A DNA stretch of 63,543 nucleotides, counting the filler, from Nemertoderma westbladi (lineage: Eukaryota > Animalia > Xenacoelomorpha), in the NCBI GenBank assembly GCA_032718475.1. It is 3 parts of 3 records of this genome, joined end to end, with 100 filler letters (N's around TTAATTAATTAA, not from the genome) between each part and the next. Parts side by side here need not be neighbours in the genome. Positions count along the whole stretch, not along the records: positions 18,549 to 46,953 come from JAUCBJ010001753.1; 2 more parts are not named here. The stretch is one strand, 5' to 3'. The translations under genes and the position numbers were made by a program. Numbering within the stretch: position 1 is the stretch's first letter; each line of letters opens with the position of its first letter. Under the pieces are notes generated by a model. That model saw only the letters and a list, made by a program, of their open reading frames with translations. It made no database searches and had not been told where the DNA came from. Of the stretch, positions 27,261 to 38,714 are shown one piece after another.

Positions 27261-28704
27261 TCCTCATCTCACCACGGCTGAGATTAGACAAGCCAAGGGA
27301 GCGGAGAAAGTCAAACCTAAAACCCAGACGAGTAAATCAAAGTTATCGACAATGTCGACACCGAAAGGGAAATGATCCTATTTAAATATCATACCCAGCG
27401 GAGTCGGAACAATAAACTGAGAATCGAACACGAAAATTCTATTCGAAACCAACTCGAAAGAGAAGACGTTAAAGAACCGGATAAACGCAGTGACTTCAAC
27501 GTATATTTGGAATTCTTGAGAGAGACGTTGTAAAACTGGAGAAAGATCACCAGCGTTTCCCCTACAAGACGTGCGTCTTTGGTATTATTACGATGAATGC
27601 CCTAGACCCAACCAACAAACGGAAAGACAAACATCCGCGGAGACGTTGCGCTAAACACAGTTTTACTTGCTATATTTATTGGAGTTTCGAGCGAAACTTG
27701 TTCGATGTATCAACTACGCTCGCTCGACTCAAACGATCCTTAAATAAACCCATGATCGGAGTTCCGGAATACTCAGTCAGACCTCCTCATTCCCTGGTGA
27801 GACCTCAGACTCTTGATCCTAATAGTATGACGGATCCTCTTGAACTGCACTCACTGTTCAAAGATCTAGTGTTACCCGAACAATTAGTCGGTGGCACTCC
27901 GGTTGTGGGCTCCCTAGATATTCGCCCATCTTACCTAGCCGGATTGGGACGCGGACACCTAATATCGCCATTCAACCGTATAATGGTCCCTGTTTAACCC
28001 GATATAATCTGTCACCGAAGTGGAGGAGAAAATTGTACGCACGCGTTAGACACTATTCGATAAAAGATCGGAAAAGGAACCTACGATTGCTTAGAAAAAC
28101 GTAAATTGCAGCAACAAGTCCAAGCGGTAAACGAATTAGCTTTATATCAGTTCGATCGGGAAATCAAGAATCTCTAAGAAGATATCGAACTTGGACGACC
28201 CTACTCTCTAAACGAGTTTTAGACGAATGCTTCCAACTACAAGCGGAGGAAAATCAGCTCGAGGAGAAGCATATCGATTTCGACAGAGCCCGAGAACGCG
28301 AGTCGGAAAGAACCATCAAACCGAGGAAATTTCTCACTATACATGGTCCACCTACCGCTCTTGTGCAGACGAATCATCAGGGACCAGTAAGAGCTGCTGT
28401 CTTGAAACGCGCTCTGAAGGTTGTTCGACCTCGTTCCACTGAGGTTGATACCGATCAACCGAGTACCTCGACCGGCGGATACACCGACCGTCATCCTAAA
28501 CCTTCCGATGCAATTGTATTGCACCCTTCACCCAGGAGTTAAGCCCTCCTAGTAAAGTGGCTCGCCCCAAAGAGAAAAGGACTCTTGCTAGCCTCAAAAA
28601 ACTGCGTAAATGCCGTTCGCGTAAGAAGGACTAACTGTTTAGAGTATTTTTATATTTTAGAAACTGTGATTTTTTATATTTTATAGAATTAAATCCCATT
28701 TTCT

Positions 28705-28809
28705 GGGAGCGGTGTAAAAGCTTTTGCGGGATATAACTGGCCCTTTTCTCCGCAATGTACTGTGTAAGGTGTTTTTAGAGGACATAACTAGCGATTTACC
28801 CGCTGTGTT
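28705..28809 (+). mobile_element. Polypurine tract plus a truncated, diverged 3' LTR stub
   Basis: GGGAGCGG followed by TGTAAAAGCTTTTGCGG at 28713. About 97 bp align to the 5' LTR start with many substitutions. Confidence 0.75.
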
Positions 28810-29325
28810 AAATGTTAAAATTGACACTCGAAATGAATTCTGCGACCAGGAAAACCCCTATAGCTAAACTTTTAGGTAGATGGTGTGCCTTTTTCTTATA
28901 TTTGACAGACAGATAGTCAGAAAGACCGACAGTTCCTGTTACCCCCCATATTGGATATTATTTGCAGGATATATGCGATAGTGAATAGATAAAGTAGATA
29001 TGAAAAATAGATATTTTTATATACGATATAATTAACAATATATTTTATTGTAACAGGAATGGGGGCGGGGGGGGGGGGGGGGGTGGGACGTTTCAGGCCG
29101 CTGATCCATCAGCGAACTGTTATAAAATTATACTCGGTCCGTGTTCAAAATGTCTGGTGTGGATATGTGCTATTGTCAGAAGCAAATTATTATTAAGTAA
29201 ATACAGTAGTGTTAAAGCTTTTGCGGCAAAAATGTATCGTTTTTGTGTCAAGTTTTTGTTTATTTTGGTATAGAGCTCTAGTGATGAAATTACCAGCCAT
29301 TGGTCAGTATTTTCTTTGTCCCGTG

Positions 29326-30518
29326 TGTAAAAGCTTTTGCGGATATAACCAGTCATTTTCTCCGCAATGTACCGTGTAGGTGCTTTTAGCGGACATAACA
29401 AGCCATTTTTACCCGTTATGTCTGTATGTGTGCTTTAGCGGACATAACTAGCCATTCTGCCGCAATTCGCTTAATACTCTAAAAGATGACTCAGATGACG
29501 CAATCTGTCAGCTGATTTACTGCCAACGCGGAACCTGAATCTCTCTTTGTTCTTTGTTCGGCTCAGCCAATCAGAGCGATTTTCACTTTGTGTTGGACAG
29601 TGCCTACAGAAACTCACGCAATTCAGTCAGTGTGTATCTTTCTAAGCCCAGAACACCGGCTTAGGATTCTTCTGTACTTCTGTGGAAGTTTCAGACTTTG
29701 ACCTAAACATCAGAAACATCAGATGGCTTTGATTAAAAGAACGTAAAACTATTAACAATTCAACTACTGAATCATTGCTGAATCATACTTCATATCTGAA
29801 TCGCCACACCGCGGCACTACGCAACGCGATTCAACTACACATACTGACTGTTCACCGCATTATTTGATTCTGTTATTAATTGGTGTTACTGTGTTATGTT
29901 GGTATATATTTCTAATATATTTGGAGAATACCGATGAATAATCATAAAACCCTCAATCTCTTTGATTACTAAAGGTTAGAGGAACAGGTTTACCGGTAGC
30001 AACTGCGACTTACATTATAGTGGTTTTTGTGTGAATTGAATGCTATTTCATAATCCCTACATGTGTCAGTTGCGATCCTCCTTATATATGATCAAATTCA
30101 GTGACGGTCGGCAGATCAGTGCGCAGTAGTGTGAACTAGTGTGAAGTAGTGTGAAGGTTAATAAAGCATCTCCTAAAGAATGCGCTTTTTACGAAACTCA
30201 GTAGCCATCCAGTTGTGATTAGTATAAGTCATAACTCTGTTTTATACTTAAAGCGCCACGTCCTAAAGGAACTGTTAATATTTCCCCGAAAGTAAATATA
30301 TTGTCAGAGATTATATATTAACGATCAATCGAATAATACAGTAGGTCTACACTGCAATCACTATCAAAGCATCCGAATCCAGTCTCCCTTAACTGTGGGT
30401 GAATGGTCGCGCACAGGCTGGCTTCGGCTGATGTACCTTCAGTACATTAAATAATTGATATACAAAAAGACACCTAAAATTGGCAGGTTAAACTGCTAAA
30501 GGTCTAAAAGCGCGAACA
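29326..30518 (+). mobile_element. Complete LTR with solo-LTR configuration
   Basis: TG...CA termini with the 5-bp TSD CCGTG on both sides (29321-29325 and 30519-30523). Confidence 0.88.
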
Positions 30519-31168
30519 CCGTGGTCTCTATGTTATTTTTCCGGCCAATCAGCACAATTTTCACTTTGCCAATTCTTGGGGCCTTGTTTTCATATGAATA
30601 TGTCGCAGTGCGGCAAAATCATTCATTCTGACTTCTTCCCAAGACCATCAGCGGCTAGAATTAACTGCCGGCACCGCATATTTTATACTGTTATTCATTG
30701 TTTTTTGGTAACATATTTAATGGATGTTTATACATACAGTATTTGGAGAATACGTACGAATAATCGATAATTCCCCCTAACTTTCTTTATTATTGAGGTA
30801 AGCAGAAGGGAACATTAGTAACAATTGCTTGGCTCAAATTACAGTGGTCTGTATGAATTTTTTGCTATTTCATAACCCCAACATAAGCGAGCTAAATTTC
30901 ACCTTATATATGAGTAAAATTAGTAACAGTCGGCAAATTAATGTGTTTCAGTACTATTGTCAGTAAAGGGAGTGCGAGTGAATAATTATACATTCCTAAA
31001 GAATATAAACACTGTGCTGTCTCATGACCCTCCATTGTAATTAGTATAAGTCATCGCTCTGCGTGGTATTTAAAGCGCAGCATCTAAAGGAACTGTTGAT
31101 ATTTTCCCTGAAAATAAACATAGTTTTTAGAGATTATATACTGTAGTAGAGATCAATCGAATAATACA
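30519..31168 (+). mobile_element. Older diverged LTR of the same family (its 5' part is at 29210-29325 and 19489-19604)
   Basis: Collinear blocks shared with the young LTR (gccaatcag..ttttcactttg, atttggagaatac, ccttatatatga, attagtataagtcat, ctaaaggaactgtt, gatcaatcgaataataca). Its 5' piece begins TGTTAAAGCTTTTGCGG. Confidence 0.75.
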
Positions 31169-31492
31169 AATTATCCTACCCCACTCTCGTCTATAGAATT
31201 CACTCTCCCACACTTCTAAAAGCAAAATATTCCTCTAAACGCCACTGCTCAGCTCATGACTGTACTCCTCCGAACCTTTAGGAGCCCCCTCGACAGCGGG
31301 ATACTTACTGTAAAACTCTCAGGTCATATAACACTGACTGACTCACTCACTCACTGATAAACTGACTCATCACTCACTGATAATAATCCAGGTTCAGGCA
31401 CTTCCTGCCTGGCGTTTTTGAAGAAATTTTGCAAGTACAGTACATTGCTTTGGTGTTTCATAATCGCGCTACAAAATTTCAGATCGATTCTA

Positions 31493-32470
31493 CACTGTAA
31501 AAAGTGTCTTGTCTAAAAAAAATGTTAAAAAAAAAAAAAAAAAATGTTAAAAAAAAAATAAATAAATAAAAAAAATGTAAAAAAAATGTTAAAAAAATGT
31601 TCAAAAAGACAAGAATCCCGTGTCAATAGTTAGCCACAAATCTGAGTGTCAAATTAGCAAGAATTTATTGTCAATATAATTGGCAAGAATTTCTGGTTGT
31701 ATTGACAAGAATACTTGCAATCCTTGACAAGAATATCTTGTTAAATCTGCAAAATTCTTTCCATTTTGGCTATAAATATAGACAATTTTATTGACAAATA
31801 TTCTTGTTAAAATCATCGGATATTAATTATATAGTTTCTTGTACAACACACACCACACATATGGTGAAACCTCAATAATATAATAAAGAAAGAAATCTAT
31901 TCGTAATGAAATTATTTTACTTTATAATATCTTTATAAACAAAGGCAGATATTTATTGCATGAGAATAGTAATTATGAATTAATAACAATTAAATTAAAG
32001 GCAACTAAAAAAAAAATAGCATACTTAATAATAATTAAAAAACGGCGGATATTCCTCTGCTGCGTTTCAATACTTTTTACAACCTCAACTGTTTCATCTT
32101 CATTTGTAGTTGTAACGGAATACAACAATTTGCTTTCTGTATAGTTAATGCTGATAGTAAATAAGATAGGTAGTTAATATATAACTTGCCCATTTTGGCA
32201 AGCCATTATATTTAACTTGCCAGTTTGGGCAAGTTAAAATATAACTTGCCCATTTTGGCAAGCTAATATATTTAACTTGCCCGTTGGGGCAAGTTAAAAT
32301 ATAACTTGCCCATTTTGGTAAGCTAATATATTTAACTTGCCAGTTTGGGCAAGTTAAATTATAACTTGCCCATTTTAGCAAGGTAATATATTTAACTTGC
32401 CAGTTTGGGCAAGTTAAATTATAACTTGCCCATTTTGGTAAGCTAATATATTTAACTTGCCAGTTTGGGC
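31493..32470. mobile_element. CACTA/EnSpm-like end with subterminal repeats, plus a 60-bp tandem array (~32170-32470)
   Basis: TA-CACTGTAAAAA terminus and repeated gacaagaat motifs. The 60-bp array has 5 copies built from palindromic aacttgcc...ggcaagtt subunits. No opposite terminus found. Confidence 0.5.
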
Positions 32471-32689
32471 TGGACGCAACACCCGCCTTGGCGAATTAAT
32501 ATACCGCCTCAATGTTAAATTCTCAATTTAGGGAAAGGAGCAGGTTACAGTAGCACGTTATTTTAACCAAAACAATAAACTAAACACAATAGAACAGGTT
32601 GCAGTTTTATTTTTGAGAGTATTCAGCTGTGTCCAATTTCCCCTGGAGAGGGATGAATTTTTATTGCGTCCAGTTTCCCCCCCTATCTG
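32468..32689 (+). mobile_element. MITE family A copy (left end truncated)
   Basis: Same sequence as 61939-62206; ends CCCTATCTG. Confidence 0.8.
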
Positions 32690-33167
32690 TAATATATATT
32701 TTGGTTGGGGAGTAAATTTGCTCACTTCGTCAGGCGAATATACATTGTTTGTCAGTCCGTTTGGTCAAGCGAATAAATACATTTCATGGTTCAAATCATC
32801 GAATTACCAAACCCTAAACAAATTTAAACAACTTAGAACTTACTTAATTTATTGGTACAAATTATAATACACATCTTAACAAAATAGGATTGTATTTGAA
32901 ACATATATTTTGACCTACTAACCTAAAAATGGTGGGTCAAATTTTTTAATTTTAATCACATAACTGCCTAAATACACCCCAATAACTATTCTTGCTTTAT
33001 ATATAAACATAATATTTTTTCATAAAAACCAAAACTAACTAGAATGAATAAAAATGTGAATTAAATCTATAAATAATTTCTAAAATTTTTTAAGCCATAT
33101 TTCTAAATAGGAAATAGCGAATATTGAAAAATGCAAATTTTCTATACAATTTGAGAGATCAATCGAA

Positions 33168-34574
33168 TAGAGATCAATCGAATAATACAAATTAGCCTAC
33201 CCCACTCTCGTCTATAGAATTCACTCTCCCACACTTCTAAAAGCAAAATATTCCTCTAAATATACGCCACTGCTCAGCTCATGACTGTACACCTCCGAAC
33301 CTTTAGGAGCCCCCTCGACAGCGGGATACTTACTGTAAAACTCTCAGGTCATATAACACTGACTGACTGACTCACTCACTGATAAACTGACTCATCACTC
33401 ACTGATAATAATCCAGGTTCAGGCACTTCCTGCCTGGCGTTTTTGATGAAATTTTGCAAGTACATTGCTTTGGTGGTTCATAATCGCGCTACAAAATTTC
33501 AAATCGATTCTGTGTGTGGTATTCGATATATATCGTTTTTTTGACATTAATTTGTGACGAAATTAAATGTATATAGACATTCATTGACCGCTGTTCTCAA
33601 TGAAAAATGGCTTATGTAATGGATTTCTATACAGGCTTAGTACAAATCGATGAGGTTGCCAATATTTCTGTAATTAGTTCACCCATACTGTTTGTTTAGG
33701 CCCTACCACTCTCTGCAGCTCTGGCAAAGTTGAATTTCTCCATAGTCTACTGTATAGCATTACTGTGTGTTTAATATTTCACACAGCTAGCTGATGGTGG
33801 CCTTCACACTCGACCCAAAGAGAATTTGTAATGTTACCTATACCAGGTGAATGAACAGTGTGTTAAGTACTATTGCACTGTACTCTCATCTAATAATAAT
33901 TGTTTTATTTAGAATAGATAACAGACATCCCCTCCCTACAATTAATACTCAAAATTCAAACATAGACATCAAATCTTTTTAAAAAGATACCTTTTCCATG
34001 TTTTTTTCAGACCAAAAATTTCAAAAAGTTTTTTCGTAGCCAGTACTGCCAATCGATTCCCTATAAAAAAATAACGCAATTTTTTTTTCAAAATTTTAAG
34101 TTTGCCTAATTTTTTAGGGGTACTTTTTTTCGATCCGCTATAACTGCGGAACGCTTGGTCTAAATTTGATGTGGTTTTTATTTTTCAACTTAATTCGATG
34201 TCCTCTTTCAGCTATCCATGTTTCGAAACCCCAAACATCGCCGTTCAAAAATTAATTTTTTCTAGTTCGAGAATTTTACCAATTTCAAAAAAGTTGCAAT
34301 ATTTTATTAACGCCTTTACGGAATGCGATGGAGGTTTGTATTTCTACTATTTTTACTATATTTTTAATATTAATGTTTTTAATAACGCCAATTCGTAACC
34401 AGGCACTCTTGATTTGTAACCGGGAACTCATATTTGTTAAACGACTCGTAGATTTGTAACTAGAAACTCAGATTTGTTACCAGGATCTCAAATTCGTAAC
34501 CGCTATAACAGTTGACTGTTTTTTATGAAATAGAAAAGGTCGGTTCCTTATCGGGCCGCAAGGCCCTTCACTAG
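33168..34574 (+). mobile_element. Non-autonomous Helitron-like element (5' boundary uncertain)
   Basis: 3' hairpin GGGCC-GCAA-GGCCC followed by TTCA-CTAG|T at 34553-34575; (ACTC/ACTG)n microsatellite near the 5' end. Confidence 0.55.
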
Positions 34575-34583
34575 TAAATATTC

Positions 34584-34758
34584 GGTAATCTTATATCATC
34601 CTAGGGATCTCCTAGGGATTATCCTAGGGAAGAAAGAGCGTGCAGTCGTTCTTTCAAGTCAGAACATGTTACTGTCAGCGTGAAGTCGCTGATAGTAACA
34701 TGTTCTACATCTGCAGCCATTGTCCACAGAAATATGGCTGTATGGAGAAGAGATTACC
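34584..34758 (+). ncRNA. Candidate structured RNA of unknown class (closing stem plus four hairpins)
   Basis: Five stems found by eye; all non-Watson-Crick pairs within them are G-U on the + strand. No known family motif recognised. Confidence 0.4.
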
Positions 34759-36485
34759 AACTTTATTTGGTCATGCAGTTGTTCAGTAGTCTATATAAAT
34801 AAAGCAAAGGAAAAGGCAAGAAACAAGGTTAAATACTACACGCCCCGTCACGGGGTAATCATTCGAATCAATTGTACTACACCTATATTTTTAGAATATT
34901 AACTAGTGATGACATGCAATACAGCAATAGGCCTACAAAACGAAAGCTGGAACAGATGTTGCGGTCGCAGCCATCTTATAGAAATAATTGACCATTATCA
35001 CCAACATGGCCCGAGTTTATATTTATGTTAAATGGATATAATATTCATCTTCAAGGATTACCCGCAAGAGGGAATTTGCATTACTTTTATACAAATTCAA
35101 GGATTCGTGAATACTTCAATGTATAACCATAATACCAGACTGCCAGACGTATATCTCTCAAGGTAATCCTGGACAAACAAAGCGCATACAGTATTATGTC
35201 AGTATTAATACTATCCGTAACTGAAAATTTTTACACATACTGTATATCCTTTTATACTATGACGATACGGAACAATTTACTCTACTGCTATATTCTGTAT
35301 AAGATGTATTCTTAAAAAAATATATATTCTGTATTTTTTAATTATTTGTAAATTCTCAATTACATTATTTCTTTCTTAACCTTCTTAATTTTTCGGTATA
35401 TATTTGAAATTATCACATTTTTTAGCTTTTATGTACATGCGTAACTGGCGAACCAAAAGCACGTTTTTAGCCTGACTCACCGCCACAATCGACCATTACC
35501 GGTACCGATGATAACTATCTTTCTGCAATCATCTTACCTAATTAATTAATTGTTTAATTGGAAACTGAAACCGAAAGCGAAAGTAAACAATTGTGTCTAA
35601 CCAATTCATGTATGTAATTATGCACAGTGCCCACACTACAGTACTGTACTAGGCCTATACCGGTACAGTACGGTATATTCTTATCTTAATCGTTGTGTTT
35701 ATATTTTAATTTTACTTCGTTTGTCAAATAAATATTTCCAATTCCAGTCCACAAGTCTGTCCAGAACATAATAACTCGTAGTACCATTCTATAATATATT
35801 TTACTCTGAATATGAATTTATTTTTAATATGATGATTTTAGCATGATGATTTAAACATAAATATCAATTTGATTTTATTAAATAAATACTGAAATAAATA
35901 AATATTTGCTAAAACTCGGGTGCGGGTCGATTCGCCTCTCGACATTTTCGCCCCAAGTCGATTTGCCCCACATTTTAGGGGCATCTGGACCAGGGGCGAA
36001 TCGACTTGGACAGTTGACCGATTCGCCCCACCTTCCAAGTCCATTCGCCCAAGATGATATTATTGAATGTTTTACTAATATTCTTTTTAGGTACAATGAT
36101 ATTAGAAAGTGCAATATTTGAAATCTTGTACAAACATTTACCATCGATTAGGCCTAGGCGTTTTTTAGACCTTCTGACCTTCAATCTAATAAATTACAGT
36201 ATAAATCTTGTTACAAACACATTTACACTCGATTACGCGTAATATTTTTTAGACCTTCAATCTATTACCATAAATTACAGTAGAAATCTTGTTAATAACA
36301 ATGTTACAAACACTTTTGAACCTCGATTACGCGTAATATTTTCTCAAGATCTTATACAGTTATAACGTGAAACAAATTGATAAGGTAAATCAAGCAAATC
36401 CAAATGTTGTTTTCAATGTTTTCAACTGCCACTTGTTGCTTCAATATATTGAATCACGTGACTCACATGCAACAGTGACAACTCT

Positions 36486-37037
36486 ATGAGGTGCCGTTTA
36501 CGCCAAAACTATCTGAATAAATATTATACTCAAGATGTGTCAATAAAAAATATTATACTTAAGATGTATCTAAATTCTCGGCCGAGATTCTCAGCCGAGT
36601 TTTTCTCGGCCGAGATTCTCGGCCGAGTTTTTCTCGGCCGAGTTTTTCTCGGCCGAGAATTTCTCGGCCGAGTTTTTCTCGGCCGATATTCTCGGCCGAG
36701 TTTTTCTCGGCCGAGATTTTCTAGGCCGAGTTTGCGAGATTCTCGGCCGAGAAAGTATTAAAATATGAAACTATGAAACGGCGGGAAATTTAAAATGGCA
36801 CTAACTGCTAACACATTACACTAACTACAAAGGGAAAGGAAAATAACATTTTAAATTTCCCGCTGTAACAACTTTTAAGACTGTAAAATTATAAATTCCG
36901 AGAATCTCGGCCGAGAAAAACTCGGCCGAGAAAAACTCGACCGAGAAAAACTCGACCGAGAAAACTCGGCCGAGAAAAACTCGGCCGAGAATTTAGATAC
37001 ATTTATTCAGATAGTTTTGGCGTAAACGGCGCTTCAT
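36486..37037. mobile_element. Foldback/MULE-like MITE nested in the Mutator-like element
   Basis: ~36-bp outer TIR, inverted arrays of 15-bp CTCGGCCGAG units, and a perfect 8-bp TSD ACAACTCT. Confidence 0.85.
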
Positions 37038-37154
37038 ACAACTCTCATAGGCAACTCTTGTGGCTCGGCTGCAAGGGTTCGAACCCGAGGGACCTAGAAG
37101 CATACATAATGAATTACCGGTACATGTGAAACAAATTGATATGGTGAACATCTG

Positions 37155-38254
37155 AGGGGCGGTATTCATAGAGTTAGTATTAGTTACAGCTACTTAGTGA
37201 CAGCTTTTAGTAAGATCTGCAACTATGTTTAGTAAGAGCTATCTGTTACTAAAAACAACTGATTTTAGTAAGAGCATTAACTTAACTTAGTTTCAACTAG
37301 CCCTTAAAAAATATCAGTATTCATAAACTGTTACTAAACTTAGTTCTAGCCTATTAGTACCAGTGCCGGTACTTTAACTTATGTTTATCAAAAAGCTTTC
37401 AGTTTCAACTTAAGGACGGTAGCTATGCCCTGCATGTCTCTATGTTTAGGCCTACTGTTTTACTAGTATTGGTAGCCTACATTAAACCCATTAATTTTAT
37501 TGGTCACTAAAACAATTCCTGTTTTCCAGTAAATTTTTTTCGTTATCAAATATATATTTCCACATATACATTCCCATTCACTAAAATATATTTTTGAATC
37601 ATCAAAAATAAATCTGTTACGGCCTGTTGTAATAAAATCCCTTCATTATTTATTGTTAGAATAACGTGGCACATTCGGTAATAGAGAGGAAAAGAATGAA
37701 GTGGGAACGCTACCGCTTTTTTATCTTGCGAAAGTTCGCGAATGGTAGAATTCTTTAGCGAAACACATTTTTCAACGGACGCGGACCGTTCGAGAGCAAT
37801 CTCACCATTCAAGAATGTACGCTGAAATTTGGAAATTTAAGTCGGATATATGTTTAAAAAACAAAAAGCTTTATGTCGTTACATTTGACAGTTTCTCTGC
37901 AACAACACATTTGCAATGAACACAGAATGCTAGAAAAACAAGAGAGAGTATAATGTGGTCGGAGTCGTCAGTAACATAATAACCATACTGTATGTATGAA
38001 GGCCAACATAGAATAAGTAAGCTTTCTTACCAACTTAGTCACATCTTCATGTGACTAGAAATTTAAGTTACAGCTATTACTAACTTAAGTAAGACTAAAT
38101 TCTATGAATACGAGTTTAGCAACAACTAGTACTAAATACGTTAGTAATAAGTAGCACCAACTTCTCTGAATACCGAATTAGTACAAGCACTTACTAACTT
38201 GATGTGACTATAGGACTAAGTTCCTAGTTAGTCGCATTTATGAATACCGCCCCC
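37155..38254. mobile_element. Harbinger-like non-autonomous element nested in the Mutator-like element
   Basis: TIR GGGGCGGTATTCATA / TATGAATACCGCCCC; 3-bp TSD CTG. Confidence 0.75.
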
Positions 38255-38714
38255 CTGGTCATCATCTGGTACTTCTGCACTTTCTAAAAAATATTGTACC
38301 TAAAAAGAATATTAGTAAAACATTCAATAATATCTTCTGGGGTGAATGGACTTGGACAGTTGGAAGGTGGGGCGAATCAGTCAACTGTCCAAGTCGATTC
38401 GCCCCAGGGCCATATGCCCCTAAAATGTGGGGCGAATCGACTTAGGGCGAAAAGTTCGAGGGGCGAATCGACCCGCACCCCTGAAACTCACATACCGGTC
38501 CGGTCAGCCGGTAGACAAATTTCAAGTAGACCTTATTAACGCCTCATATGACAGTATGGCAGTGACGACAGCAGTCTTTTCAACAGTAGGTGGGGCATGG
38601 AGTGGTAGGCCAAGCACGGTAAAGTTAGGCCTAGTACCGGTACTTGAGTAAGTTTCTGAGTAGTACCGGTACATAGTAAGTACCTGAGGTAACTGAGTAA
38701 GTTTGCATTTTGTT

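Larger units (their letters stand above)
35918..38480. mobile_element. Mutator-like non-autonomous element with ~200-bp TIRs
   Basis: GGGTGCGGGTCGATTCGCC... / ...GGCGAATCGACCCGCACCC; 9-bp TSD ctaaaactc / ctgaaactc. Confidence 0.85.

Noticed and set aside
34661-34706. Canonical pre-miRNA or hammerhead ribozyme
   Set aside because: The 46-nt hairpin with a 6-nt loop is short for a canonical precursor, and no CUGANGA/GAAA core is present.
36486-36761. Repetitive ORF (FLGRV)n and other short ORF-track entries in repeats or overlapping real genes
   Set aside because: By-products of tandem repeats, MITEs or GC-rich shadow frames; no protein signal.
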